From positions 6,427 to 70,426 of the forward strand of contig JAAFJM010000002.1 of NCBI GenBank assembly GCA_013298895.1: 64,000 nt of DNA, in the 5' to 3' direction. Positions 18,112-28,495 of the stretch are shown piece by piece (within the stretch, counting starts at the first letter, position 1; every line of letters begins with the position of its first letter). The position numbers were made by a program, and so were the translations under genes. Under the pieces are notes generated by a model that saw only the letters and a program-made list of their open reading frames with translations, had not been told where the DNA came from and did not search any database. The stretch is from Bacteroidota bacterium. Its GTDB lineage: Bacteria; Bacteroidota; Bacteroidia; UKL13-3.

Positions 18112-20325
18112 ATGGATAAATTTTATACTTTTTTATTACTTTTAGTTTCTTTCGTATTTAACACCAATGCGCAAACCATAAAAATATTGTTTGATGCAAG
18201 TAAAGCTGAAACTGCTGGCAATGCAGACTGGGTAATAGATGAAGATTTAAATAACATAAAATGGAGTCCAAATGCAAGCATAGGAGGTGGAAGTGAAGGA
18301 AATGCACAGCGAATTCCTACTCCAGCCCAATCAACAGTTACATCAACTACCACTGAAAATTATTGGAAAGGGGCGCTTTCTGCTTGGGGAATTGACTGTG
18401 TAAAAAAAGGGTATATTGTAGAAACATTGCCATACAATGGCACAATTAGTTATGGAAACACCTCTAACCTACAAGATTTAATTAATTACAAAGTTTTTAT
18501 TATTGTAGAACCCAATATATTATTTACCACAGCTGAAAAAAATGCTATTATGAATTTTGTGCAAAATGGTGGAGGATTATTTATTGTTTCTGATCATGCA
18601 ATTTCTGACAGAAACAATGATGGCTTTGATTCGCAACAAATATTAAACGACTTAATTAAAAATAATTCTGTTAAACCAAACGCTTTCGGTTTTATTTTCG
18701 ATTCGTTGTCTGTATCACCTAATACCACCAACATCCCAAACTTACCAAATGACTCCATTTTGAATGGACCCATGGGTCAAGTTACTCAGGCTGTTTGGTT
18801 TAGTGGAACTACCATGACATTGAACCCTAGTGATAATGCAACGGTTAAAGGAGTTGTATTTACTCCAAGTGTTGGGTTTGGCAATATTGGTGTAATGGCG
18901 GCTTATGCTCGTTTTGGTAAAGGAAAAATTGTAGGTTTGGGCGATAGTTCTCCATGCGATGATGGCTCTGGAGATACTGGTGATAATTTATATGATGGGT
19001 GGATTGCAGATGCAAATGGAAATCATGAAAAATTAATCATGAATGCTACAATTTGGTTAGCTACTAAAGATACCATTATGAATACCAAAGTGGTTGATTT
19101 ATCAATGGATTCATTATTATACCCAATATATATTACTAGGGGAAATAATGCCGTTTCATTTAAAATAACAAATAATGGAAATACATTGATTGATTCGGCT
19201 GTATTTGCTTACCAAATAGATAAAAACACACCCATTTCAGTTTTAGTTAAAGGTTTAAATATTTACCCCAAAAATAGCTATTACTATACTTTTTCTAACT
19301 CGTTCAATATTTCAACAGGAAGCACTTATAAACTAAAAACTTGGGTTAAGACGTTTGGCGATAATTCTGCTCAAAACGATACTTTGAACAAAACGTTTTA
19401 TCTTAATAAAATTATTGATTTAGCAATTGATTCTATAGTGAATCCAATTAACCTAGTAAGAGGAGTAGATAGCGTAAAAATAAAACTTTTTAATAATGGA
19501 GAAACAACCATCGATTCAGCAATTATTTCATTGCAATTAAACGCTGACTCGATTATTTCAACCAAACTTAATGGATTAAATATTGCTGCTAAATCCAGCT
19601 ATTATTACACTTTTAACAAGCCTTTAAATATTTCAATTGGAGGAAATTATAAACTAAACTGTTGGGTAAAAACCAATGGGGATATTAATGCAAATAACGA
19701 TACAGTTATTAAAACCTATATCCTACCTAAAACAACTTCCCTACAAATTGATTCTATTGTACTACCAATTGAACTCAAAAAAGGCCCCAATACGATTAGT
19801 ATTAAACTTAAAAATAATGGAGAATCTATAATTACCCGCTTTTCTGTTAGCTGTAAAATACTAGAACAAAACATAGCCCCAATCACCGATGAAGTAACAC
19901 TTATCAATTTGCAACCAAATTCTTATGCAGTAAAAAGTTTTTCTAATACTATAAACATTGATAAAACTGGTGACTATAAATTATGTGCATGGATAAGTGA
20001 AGTGAACGGCATTAACATTATTAATGATAGTATTTGTTACAATTACTCGGTAAGTAATACTTCCATTAATTACTTAAACCAAGGCGATCAGGTAATTATT
20101 TACCCCAACCCTACCACTCAAAATGAGCTAAATATTACATCTCAAACGGAAGCCATTCGTCAGGTAGTTTTTTACGAATTAAATGGAAAAGAAATTCAAG
20201 TTAACAATATTGATAAGTTAGTTAAAAACATTAGAATCAACACCGAAAATTTAAAAGCAGGTATTTATTTCATTAAAATAAATACCGATCAATATTCATT
20301 AACAAAAAAATGGATTAAGCAGTAA
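18112..20325 (+). CDS. T9SS-secreted protein: GATase-like N-terminal domain, three Ig/CARDB-like repeats, CTD
   Basis: ILFDASKAETAGNADW...GGGLFIVSDH; three repeats DLxIDSI..P...NNG.T.ID..Y.L..WVKT.GD....NDT; IYPNP...GIYFIKI CTD. Confidence 0.75.
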   Translation: MDKFYTFLLLLVSFVFNTNAQTIKILFDASKAETAGNADWVIDEDLNNIKWSPNASIGGGSEGNAQRIPTPAQSTVTSTTTENYWKGALSAWGIDCVKKGYIVETLPYNGTISYGNTSNLQDLINYKVFIIVEPNILFTTAEKNAIMNFVQNGGGLFIVSDHAISDRNNDGFDSQQILNDLIKNNSVKPNAFGFIFDSLSVSPNTTNIPNLPNDSILNGPMGQVTQAVWFSGTTMTLNPSDNATVKGVVFTPSVGFGNIGVMAAYARFGKGKIVGLGDSSPCDDGSGDTGDNLYDGWIADANGNHEKLIMNATIWLATKDTIMNTKVVDLSMDSLLYPIYITRGNNAVSFKITNNGNTLIDSAVFAYQIDKNTPISVLVKGLNIYPKNSYYYTFSNSFNISTGSTYKLKTWVKTFGDNSAQNDTLNKTFYLNKIIDLAIDSIVNPINLVRGVDSVKIKLFNNGETTIDSAIISLQLNADSIISTKLNGLNIAAKSSYYYTFNKPLNISIGGNYKLNCWVKTNGDINANNDTVIKTYILPKTTSLQIDSIVLPIELKKGPNTISIKLKNNGESIITRFSVSCKILEQNIAPITDEVTLINLQPNSYAVKSFSNTINIDKTGDYKLCAWISEVNGINIINDSICYNYSVSNTSINYLNQGDQVIIYPNPTTQNELNITSQTEAIRQVVFYELNGKEIQVNNIDKLVKNIRINTENLKAGIYFIKINTDQYSLTKKWIKQ

Positions 20326-20418
20326 TTGAAGATAAGGCAATAAATTTATTTTATACCAATAAAGGAATTTTGTTATTTTATTATAATTTGCAATTTTTTA
20401 AACAATACTTATTTATAT

Positions 20419-21204
20419 ATGGAATTTAAAGTAAAAACATTAGCAGAGGTAACAGCCAATGGAGAAGAAGTAGATGTACTTTTTTGGGTAGGTTGTGCAG
20501 GAAGTTTTGATGAACGTGCTCAAAAAATAACCAAAGCGGTAGCCAAACTTTTACACCAAGCCAATGTTAAATTTGCCATATTAGGAACCGAAGAAGCGTG
20601 TACTGGCGACCCTGCAAAACGCGCTGGAAACGAGTTTTTGTTTCAAATGCTTGCCATGCAAAATATTACTACCATGAATGCTTATGGTGTAAAAAAAATT
20701 GTTACTGCTTGTCCTCATTGCTTCAACACAATAAAAAATGAATATCCTCAATTAGGAGGAAGCTATGAAGTGGTGCATCATACGGAGTTAATTAATGAAC
20801 TTTTAGAAAAAGGTAAATTAAGTATTCAAGGTGGTGCCTTTAAAGGGAAACGAATTACTTACCACGATAGCTGTTATTTAGGTAGAGCCAATAATATATA
20901 CGAAGCACCTCGTCAAGTAATTGAAAGGTTGGATGCCGAGTTAGTAGAAATGAAACGTGCTAAAGCCAATGGTTTATGCTGCGGAGCAGGTGGTGCTCAA
21001 ATGTTTAAAGAGGCTGAAACTGGTAAAAAAGAAGTAAACATGGAGCGTGCTGATGACATGTTGGAATCAAAAGCAAATATTGTTGCTGCTGCTTGTCCGT
21101 TTTGCATGACTATGTTACGCGATGGCATTAAACATAATAACAAAGAAGAAGAAGTTCAAGTACTTGATGTAGCTGAACTAATAGCAAATGCAATGGATTT
21201 ATAA
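20419..21204 (+). CDS. (Fe-S)-binding CCG-domain protein (heterodisulfide reductase/GlpC-like)
   Basis: WVGCAGSFD, ACPHC, YHDSCYLGR, CCGAGG and ACPFCMTM. Confidence 0.88.
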   Translation: MEFKVKTLAEVTANGEEVDVLFWVGCAGSFDERAQKITKAVAKLLHQANVKFAILGTEEACTGDPAKRAGNEFLFQMLAMQNITTMNAYGVKKIVTACPHCFNTIKNEYPQLGGSYEVVHHTELINELLEKGKLSIQGGAFKGKRITYHDSCYLGRANNIYEAPRQVIERLDAELVEMKRAKANGLCCGAGGAQMFKEAETGKKEVNMERADDMLESKANIVAAACPFCMTMLRDGIKHNNKEEEVQVLDVAELIANAMDL

Positions 21205-21232
21205 AAGTTGGTTTAATTGAACCAACTTTTAT
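21201..21232. terminator. Bidirectional terminator
   Basis: ataaaagttggtt-taattg-aaccaacttttat between convergent genes. Confidence 0.75.
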
Positions 21233-21684
21233 TATAAAATTTCCAAAACTTTTTCCGGTGGGCGAGTTATAATTGCTTTGTTGCCATTTACTACAATTGG
21301 CCTCTCCATTAAAATGGGATTTTGCTCAAGAACTGCAATCCATTCGTTTTCTGAATATTGCCTGTCTTTATAGTTTTCTTTAAAAATACTTTCTCCTTTT
21401 CGTATCAATTCAAATGCACTGATATTTAGCTTTTTTAAAAGAGCTTTTATTTGGCTGGCAGTTAAAGGATTTTTCAAATATTCAATTACTTTAAAATCTA
21501 CCTTTTTTTCAGTTAGGATAGTTAATGCATCGCGGCTTTTACCGCAACGGTTATTATGGTAAATTTCTATCATATCAGTTTTGTTTAACATTGGATTATC
21601 GGTGCACCAATTGCAATCAGAAAAGTCATCTAAAAAACCTCTCCCCTCGCATTGAGGACAAATATAACCGCATGTTTTAGCCAT
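21232..21684 (-). CDS. arsC: ArsC/Spx-family (glutaredoxin-type arsenate reductase-like) protein with a 37-aa Cys-rich N-terminal extension; alternative start at 21573
   Basis: IYHNNRCGKSR, IEYLKNP and PILMERPIV...RPPE motifs. Upstream in frame: CGYICPQCEGRG..CNWC. Confidence 0.8.
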   Translation of the reverse strand: MAKTCGYICPQCEGRGFLDDFSDCNWCTDNPMLNKTDMIEIYHNNRCGKSRDALTILTEKKVDFKVIEYLKNPLTASQIKALLKKLNISAFELIRKGESIFKENYKDRQYSENEWIAVLEQNPILMERPIVVNGNKAIITRPPEKVLEIL

Positions 21685-21717
21685 TTACTAAATTTTGAAT
21701 TTGTAATAAAGAATAAA

Positions 21718-22926
21718 TTATAGCCTAGCCAAAGCCATTTCGGCAATGGTTTTACCTATGCTTAAGCTGCTAGTAGCTGCAGGACTTGGCGCATTTAAAA
21801 TATGAATGGCATTAGGTTCTTCTATTATTTTAAAATCATCAAGCAAACCACCAAATTTATCACAAGCTTGCGCACGCACACCAGCTTCTGCAGGCACCAA
21901 ATCACCTTCCTGAATACTTGGAACTAATTTTTGCAAAGCCTTGGTAAATGCAGTTTTGCTGAACGAACGGTAAAACTCGCCCAATCCTGTTTTCCAATAT
22001 TTAACTGCAACTTTTCTAAAACCTGGCCAAGCTAAACTTTCCATTGTTTCGTTAAAATCAAAATCACTTTTATGGTAGCCTTCGCGCTTAAATGCAAATA
22101 CAGCATTTGGCCCTGCCTCTACCCCACCATCAATCATACGGGTAAAGTGCACACCTAAAAACGGGAAATTAGGATCTGGAACCGGATAAATTAAGTTTTT
22201 AATCAATGCCCTTTTTTCGGGCTTTAACATGTAATACTCACCCCTAAAAGGAATGATTCTGGTATCAATGTCTTTATTGGTTAAGGCTGCTATTTTATCA
22301 CTGTATAATCCAGCGCAATTAATGTATTGCGAAGCTTCAAACTCTTTTTGACTAGTGCTAATAACCACATAATTTGTATAGTTTTCAATTTTTTCAACTT
22401 TATGGCTCAAATAAATTTCAGCACCTAGTTCCGTAATATTTTCAGCCAATTTTTCGCAAACTTGGCTATAATCAATGATACCCGTGTAAGGAACATGTAT
22501 AGCCTTTACGCCCCGCAAATTAGGTTCAAACTCTTTAATTCCATCTTGCTCAATTATGGTATTTTTCGCCAAACCATTTTCTAAACCGCGTTGGTAAAGC
22601 TTATCAAGTTCAGGAATTTCGCTTTCATCGCTTGCAACCACTAACTTACCACATAAATCGTATTTTATATTGTTTTCATCGCAAAAATCAATCATCATTT
22701 GATAACCTTGCAAGCAATTTTTTGCTTTTAAACTACCTGGCTTGTAGTATAATCCTGAATGTATCACACCACTATTATGACCCGTTTGATGAGCAGCTAC
22801 ATGATTTTCTTTTTCTAAAATTGCTATTTTTAAACTACTGTTTTTTTGCAATAATTGGTAAGCCGTGGACAAACCAACTATACCACCACCTATTATAATA
22901 AAATCGTATTTAAAACTTGCTTCCAT
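21718..22926 (-). CDS. lhgO: L-2-hydroxyglutarate oxidase
   Basis: GGGIVG, HQTGHNSGVIHSGLYYKPGSLKA, PFLGVHFT and NAPSPAATSS. Confidence 0.93.
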   Translation of the reverse strand: MEASFKYDFIIIGGGIVGLSTAYQLLQKNSSLKIAILEKENHVAAHQTGHNSGVIHSGLYYKPGSLKAKNCLQGYQMMIDFCDENNIKYDLCGKLVVASDESEIPELDKLYQRGLENGLAKNTIIEQDGIKEFEPNLRGVKAIHVPYTGIIDYSQVCEKLAENITELGAEIYLSHKVEKIENYTNYVVISTSQKEFEASQYINCAGLYSDKIAALTNKDIDTRIIPFRGEYYMLKPEKRALIKNLIYPVPDPNFPFLGVHFTRMIDGGVEAGPNAVFAFKREGYHKSDFDFNETMESLAWPGFRKVAVKYWKTGLGEFYRSFSKTAFTKALQKLVPSIQEGDLVPAEAGVRAQACDKFGGLLDDFKIIEEPNAIHILNAPSPAATSSLSIGKTIAEMALARL

Positions 22927-24124
22927 TTGATGAACGTAATTTATGTGCTATTAAAATACTCAACAAAGCCATTCCTACACTAAAATATCCTAATAAATTA
23001 TAGTTAACCAATTTCCCATCAACCGTAGTAACCACCAAACCTGCCAAGAAAGCCGAAACACCATTAGCTAACTGTTGAATGGAGCTATTAAAGCTCATAA
23101 AACTTGCTCTAATTTTGGGGTCAACAGCACCTGTAACCATGGCTTGCATGGGAATAAATCTTCCTGAAAAAATAAAAAATACGCCAGTAATAGTTAAAAC
23201 CAATGGCAATGGATGAGGATCAAGGTTGGTTATTAAAAAAACAGGAATGGTGTATAATAAAGCTAAGACAATAAACATCACCAATTTTCCAAACTTATCA
23301 GCTAACTTTCCAATTAATGGCGAAGTAAAAATAGTTACTCCTCCTCCCACTAAATAAATTAAAGGTAAATCTTCTTCTCGCATGCCTACATTGCTAACCA
23401 TGTATGGACTCAAAAATGGAATGATACAAAAGTGTCCCATCATCATAACCACACCAAAAAGCAAGGCCAGAAGATTATTTTTATTGGTAAAAATAGCCTC
23501 AATGTTTTTGCCAACATCCATTTGTTTGGCAGCCAATTGCACCGCTGCTGTTTGCCTTGGTACAAATTTACGTACCAAAAAATAAACAGGAATGCCTAAA
23601 ACTGCCAAAAATAAAAAGGGTGCATGCCAACCTAAAAAATCATATTGTTTGGTATGAGTAGCTATAAAAATTCCAAATGGAACTCCTAAAACCGAAGCCA
23701 AACTAAATGCAGCCATAATTATTCCCATGGCCTGCCCTCTTCTCTCAAAAGGAACTGCATCGCTTACAATAGCTAAAATAATGGCGCCTAAAACCCCACC
23801 AAATAACCCTGTTGCGAATCTTGCAATCAATAATGTTTGATAAGTTGGAGCTAAACCACAAGCAAAAGTTCCAATTAAGAAACCAATAAAAATGCGCATT
23901 AAATAATCTTTACGCTCAAATTTATTGATAATAAAAGTCGTGATAATGCCTGAAATAAAGGCGCTGATGGAATACGATGAAACCAAAATACCAAAATCGG
24001 ATGCAGTGATATTAAATGTTTTAATCAAATTAGGCCCTAATGGCATCATTATCATAAAATCCATGATATTTACAAAATTGATGGCTGCTAATGTAAATAG
24101 CATGATTTTTTCGGTTTTTGTCAT
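22910..24124 (-). CDS. MFS transporter
   Basis: 12 TM pattern, DFMIMMPLGP and LADKFGK motif A; overlaps the lhgO start by 17 bp. Confidence 0.9.
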   Translation of the reverse strand: MTKTEKIMLFTLAAINFVNIMDFMIMMPLGPNLIKTFNITASDFGILVSSYSISAFISGIITTFIINKFERKDYLMRIFIGFLIGTFACGLAPTYQTLLIARFATGLFGGVLGAIILAIVSDAVPFERRGQAMGIIMAAFSLASVLGVPFGIFIATHTKQYDFLGWHAPFLFLAVLGIPVYFLVRKFVPRQTAAVQLAAKQMDVGKNIEAIFTNKNNLLALLFGVVMMMGHFCIIPFLSPYMVSNVGMREEDLPLIYLVGGGVTIFTSPLIGKLADKFGKLVMFIVLALLYTIPVFLITNLDPHPLPLVLTITGVFFIFSGRFIPMQAMVTGAVDPKIRASFMSFNSSIQQLANGVSAFLAGLVVTTVDGKLVNYNLLGYFSVGMALLSILIAHKLRSSNGSKF

Positions 24125-24190
24125 ATTTGTTGCCTTTTGCTGCTAGCTTTTTTGAATTTATTTGTACTATTTAGCTATTGTATTTTGGTG

Positions 24191-24961
24191 CTATTTGCTA
24201 CCAAATCCTTGCATTTTTATTTGGGTTAATTTGCGTTTAGTATCTAGCGAAAAATCGTTATCCATCATCCATTGGTAATAACCAGGTTCATTTTTAAACA
24301 CATAGCTAACCATTTTACCTTTGTGCTTCCCAAAATTAAATACCTCTTGTCCTTTATCATTCAATACAATTCGTCCTGCTAAATCTACCAAATTAGCTTG
24401 TCCACTAATTTTGTGAAGCGATTCCATATCATTACCCAACACTTCATATCTGTCTAACTGTGCCTTTAATACTTCATAAGTAGCAATGGTATCAGCCTCG
24501 GCACTATGGGCATTTTCTAATGTTTTATCACAATAAAATTTATAGGCAGCACTTAAAGTACGTTGTTCCATTTGATGAAAAATGCGCTGCACATCTACAA
24601 ATTTTCGTCCTTCCGTTTCAAATTCCACATTTGCTCTTAACATTTCCTCCACCAACATAGGGAAATCGAATTTATTAGAATTAAACCCACCAAAATCACA
24701 GCCTTTAAAATACTCGGCATACTCTTTTGCTTTTTCGGCAAAGGTGGGCATATCTTTTACATCTTCATCAAAAATACCATGTATGGCCGAAACCTCAGCT
24801 GGTATAGGTATTGTAGGATTAAATCTTTGGGTTTTTATTTCCTCGGTTCCATCTACATTTACTTTTATAGTTGCCATCTCTACTATTCTATCAGTAGAGA
24901 TGCTTATTCCTGTAGTTTCTAAATCAAAAATTACAAGGGGGCGTTTTAAATTCAATTTCAT
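24191..24961 (-). CDS. DEDDh 3'-5' exonuclease (DNA polymerase III epsilon-like)
   Basis: FDLETTG, FNSNKFD, AHSAEAD and C-terminal FNFGKHKG. Confidence 0.9.
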   Translation of the reverse strand: MKLNLKRPLVIFDLETTGISISTDRIVEMATIKVNVDGTEEIKTQRFNPTIPIPAEVSAIHGIFDEDVKDMPTFAEKAKEYAEYFKGCDFGGFNSNKFDFPMLVEEMLRANVEFETEGRKFVDVQRIFHQMEQRTLSAAYKFYCDKTLENAHSAEADTIATYEVLKAQLDRYEVLGNDMESLHKISGQANLVDLAGRIVLNDKGQEVFNFGKHKGKMVSYVFKNEPGYYQWMMDNDFSLDTKRKLTQIKMQGFGSK

Positions 24962-24996
24962 TTAAGCTTTATATTACAATACCATTTTACAAATAA

Positions 24997-25028
24997 AAAA
25001 TGCAAGTTTAATTGTAAACCTGCATTTT
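24997..25028 (-). terminator. Probable terminator
   Basis: aaaatgca(a)gttta-attg-taaac(c)tgcatttt. Confidence 0.5.
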
Positions 25029-25049
25029 CAATTTTTATTATTTTAAATA

Positions 25050-25658
25050 CTAATATTCATCAAAACCACCAATAGGTTCAATAGCAGCATCGTCATCACC
25101 ACTATCTGAATCTTTTGAGAAAAGACCAAATTCATCTGCTTCATCATCGCTGATTTCGCTTCCAACATCATCTGTTTTATCAATATAGTTTTTTGTTATT
25201 TCATCAAATTCATTGTCATCCACCAAACCAAAACGTTGCACCTTATCATATTGTTTAGGCGCTAATCCCACCGATTTACCAATTCTAGGATAAGTAAATT
25301 TTGGGTTTTCTTTAATTTCAATTCCAAATAATTCTAAATGCATGGTCCACATAGCCATAAAATCATATACATAAATAATTTTTTGGTGTGGGTCATTTAC
25401 AAACTGACTCAACTTAGAAGTTTTCATCTCTGGAATTGGATTCTCAGGATCGTCAGTCATATCTTCCAAAGTAATTTCTTGTTCCCTGCGCCAAGTATCA
25501 TTACTCATATAAAAAGAAGCCAACTGCTTTTCGTCAAAGCCAATTGATTCTAAAATAGTTTTATGGAACTCTAAAAAAGTTTGATTCGATTTAATTTCAA
25601 TTACTCGATAAGAATCTTCGTAATCTTCAAAAGTTAATTTAAATTTATATACTGCCAT
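25050..25658 (-). CDS. pRiA4b ORF-3 / 'IS1096 passenger TnpR'-family protein with an acidic tail
   Basis: RVIEIKSNQTFLEFHKTI..SIGFD...SFYMSND.W and IYVYDFMAMW pattern typical of the conserved Bacteroidota copy. Confidence 0.72.
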   Translation of the reverse strand: MAVYKFKLTFEDYEDSYRVIEIKSNQTFLEFHKTILESIGFDEKQLASFYMSNDTWRREQEITLEDMTDDPENPIPEMKTSKLSQFVNDPHQKIIYVYDFMAMWTMHLELFGIEIKENPKFTYPRIGKSVGLAPKQYDKVQRFGLVDDNEFDEITKNYIDKTDDVGSEISDDEADEFGLFSKDSDSGDDDAAIEPIGGFDEY

Positions 25659-25844
25659 TGTATTTTTTTGCTGTGCAAATTTGCTTTATTTTATAACAAA
25701 TTACAAAAGGTATTTTACTAAAGTTTTCTACTTAAAATATCGCCCATTTCTAAATCAAATCTTTTTATTTAGGTTACAAAATACTTTTCATAAAAATAAT
25801 TCCAATAAAACTCACTATCATTGAATTACTAAAAAACACAGCTT

Positions 25845-26219
25845 ATGAAAACATTTAAAATATTAATTAGCATTTTGGTTCTATCCATCATTTTTTCATT
25901 TAAAACCAAACAAAAATTGGATATGAAATCAGTAGCGGGAACTTATGGGGTATGTAGTTACCAAAGTAGTGGTAAGACTATTTTAAGTTTATCATTGAAC
26001 CAAGACAAAACCTTTCATTACATAGATAATACTAATACTAATAAACCAATAGATGTAATGGGCAATTACGAGGTAATCAACAACCAAATAGTGTTGCAAA
26101 ACTATAAAACCATTTATAAGTTCCATACCAAATGGAAAATAGATGGCAATAGCAAATGTATAAAAGCCCGAAAAGGACTTACCTTTTACCGACTTTGTAA
26201 TGTGGCTGAATGTAAGTAA
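25845..26219 (+). CDS. Hypothetical secreted protein
   Basis: Signal peptide, 124 aa, beta-rich, followed by its own terminator. Confidence 0.65.
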   Translation: MKTFKILISILVLSIIFSFKTKQKLDMKSVAGTYGVCSYQSSGKTILSLSLNQDKTFHYIDNTNTNKPIDVMGNYEVINNQIVLQNYKTIYKFHTKWKIDGNSKCIKARKGLTFYRLCNVAECK

Positions 26220-26222
26220 AAT

Positions 26223-26254
26223 AAAAAAGCGACTCTATGAAGGGTCGCTTTTTT
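26223..26254 (+). terminator. Intrinsic terminator
   Basis: aaaaaagcgac(t)ct-atga-ag(g)gtcgctttttt. Confidence 0.8.
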
Positions 26255-26500
26255 AACATATAAGATTACATTAATACCTTGGTAACTATTAATAATATTT
26301 TGTTGAAGTGATTAGCAGTTTTAGCTAACAACAATAACCTTTTAATCAATTTCCCAACAATCATAAAAGCTAGTTTATTAGCTTGTCTAGCTTAATCATC
26401 TTTTTAAGCCAAAGTATTATATGGGTTTAATATTAGTGTTGGTAAATTTATATTTAGCAACCAAATACTAAGTAAAGGCCAAATGTTAATTTATTAAAAC

Positions 26501-27502
26501 CTATTCACTGTCTTCGCTAACGGCTCCTTTGCTTTGCAAAAACTCGTTTAATTCATCAGCCGAGCTGCTAAACGAAAAAGAGTCATTTAGGGTAAAATAA
26601 TTACCTTTATCAGTAGTTTTTTTGTAACACATTTTAGCTACTTTTAATTTGTTTTCTTCAAATGTAAACTCACCAATTAATTGTTTTACTTGCACTGTAT
26701 TTATACAATTGCTTGCCAAAACTTGTCTTATTATTTGAAGTTTGTTATCTTCAAAACTTTGCTTTTTTAGCTGACTAGTTAGGGCATTAAAAGTACTTAA
26801 AGTCATTGGCGCACAAACTGGTTCATTAACTTTAGGAGTTGAAGTTTTTACAGGTGTTGAAACATTTTTTGTGATTGTTTTAGTAGTTGTTGTTGTTGTG
26901 TTAGTTACTACTGTTTTATCCGTGGCATCTAATCCATTAATATTCATGTTTATTCCTACTCCATTTATTCCAACGTTTAAGTTTACATTTTCGTTGCCTA
27001 ATGTATTATTTGATTTTGTAACTGTGGTGGTTGTGGTTACTTTATCGTTTGTTTCAGTTTCCAAACTGTTATTACCACCATCTACTTCCTTTGTGCTTTC
27101 AATAACTTGTTTATTTTTTACTTTTGACTTGCTCGATAATGGTTTCATATCAAGTAATCTAACTACATAAATAATCGGTGTGGTCGATTTTCCATCTATT
27201 CTTTTAACATTATTAGCGGTTGTGTTTTTTTTACGAACATTATAAGTGTATTCTTTTCCTGCTTCGTAATAAATATTTTCATTTATGGTTTGAATGGCCT
27301 TATCATCGAAAACTATTTTAAGTTTTTGTACGCTAGCGGTAATGTTTTCAACTTTTACATTACTCTGAGAACTTGCATTTTGTTGAACTCCGTTCAAAAA
27401 AAGTATGAATTTCTCGCTTTCCTGTGTAAATAAATTTAAGGTTGATTGCGCCCAAGCACTAAAAGTATTTAAAAGCACAAGTAATAAAATAATTCTTTTC
27501 AT
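26501..27502 (-). CDS. DUF4476-like secreted protein
   Basis: Signal peptide from ATG 27502, Thr-rich linker, C-terminal helical domain QSFEDNKLQI...FTFEENKLKVAK.CY...DKGNY. Confidence 0.75.
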   Translation of the reverse strand: MKRIILLLVLLNTFSAWAQSTLNLFTQESEKFILFLNGVQQNASSQSNVKVENITASVQKLKIVFDDKAIQTINENIYYEAGKEYTYNVRKKNTTANNVKRIDGKSTTPIIYVVRLLDMKPLSSKSKVKNKQVIESTKEVDGGNNSLETETNDKVTTTTTVTKSNNTLGNENVNLNVGINGVGINMNINGLDATDKTVVTNTTTTTTKTITKNVSTPVKTSTPKVNEPVCAPMTLSTFNALTSQLKKQSFEDNKLQIIRQVLASNCINTVQVKQLIGEFTFEENKLKVAKMCYKKTTDKGNYFTLNDSFSFSSSADELNEFLQSKGAVSEDSE

Positions 27503-27666
27503 GTTTAAAATTTTTATTCGCAAATAAACCAAATTTTTAAAAATTAAAAAAAATGCTTAAAGTTCTTTAATACCAACTTGTTGTTTTTGCTATTCAAAAT
27601 AAAATTTTATCAATCAAAAAACTCAGGTAAAAACAATTACCTTGCATAGTATAATCCGTTTGTAAA

Positions 27667-27843
27667 ATGAACATCATCAATAAATACATTTACTTGATTT
27701 TATGTATAGTAGGAAACATTATGTTTTTAGTACTTAGCTACCACGATTATGGTCGTATTCACTTCACATTTATACATTTCTTTTTTGGAATAATCCCACT
27801 CATTTTTTCAATCAAAAAGCACTTTTGGCTTGAGGTAAAGTAA
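27667..27843 (+). CDS. Small putative two-TM membrane protein (58 aa)
   Basis: Manual translation MNIINKYIYLILCIVGNIMFLVLSYHDYGRIHFTFIHFFFGIIPLIFSIKKHFWLEVK; below the ORF-track cutoff. Confidence 0.45.
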   Translation: MNIINKYIYLILCIVGNIMFLVLSYHDYGRIHFTFIHFFFGIIPLIFSIKKHFWLEVK

Positions 27844-27928
27844 TAGAAATATTGGAAGGTTTTAGTTGAGAAACTTCCAATTTAAATCAGTTGGCAACAG
27901 GTTAAAACCAAAAATAAAGAATAATTCA

Positions 27929-28495
27929 ATGGCAATTTGGCAGTATAATATATATTTTTTACCTTGACAATCTTTGATAAATAAGTTCGGGAAAATTCCA
28001 TTTCAATTAAAAGTTAATAATGAAGGTTGGGAAAATTATTTGAATACAACCACTGACTTTGATGATGAATTTGAATTTGAAGATGCATTTACGATTAATT
28101 GGTGGGCAGACATAAAAATAAGTTTGCAAATTCTGACACCATTTCTTTTGAAATTTGGAGAAATTCAAGAATGGACAAGAAATAGTGAGGGATTAAGAAG
28201 GTTTGGAAACACTTCAACAAACGACATTTGTGCATGTTTTGACGAAAAAACCGATTATATACAAGTACTTAGTTGTAGACTTGACCTTGGCAGACTTGAC
28301 ACCAAAATCATTGAAATAGTTTTTGAAATTGCAGCAAAATTTAATTGCCTACTTATGGACAAACAAGCAAGACTTTTTGAACCTAATATGAAAGAACTTA
28401 TAGGTAATATTGAAAAATCAAATGCTAATAAATTTGTGAATAACCCGACTCAATTTTTTGAAGACTTAACACGCGGACAAATTAAACCTGAATAG
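27929..28495 (+). pseudogene. Hypothetical protein interrupted by an in-frame TGA at codon 13
   Basis: ATG 27929 reads MAIWQYNIYFLP, then TGA (27965-27967), then QSL continuing in frame into the 173-aa ORF that starts at TTG 27974. Confidence 0.55.

Noticed and set aside
25050..25658. Possible mobile element, given the 'IS1096 passenger/plasmid pRiA4b' family name
   Set aside because: No transposase or terminal repeats are present, and this family occurs as an ordinary chromosomal gene in Bacteroidota.
27965..27967. TGA read as selenocysteine or evidence of an alternative genetic code
   Set aside because: There is no redox motif or obvious SECIS hairpin, and TGA ends other genes here (four-helix-bundle gene, anmK).
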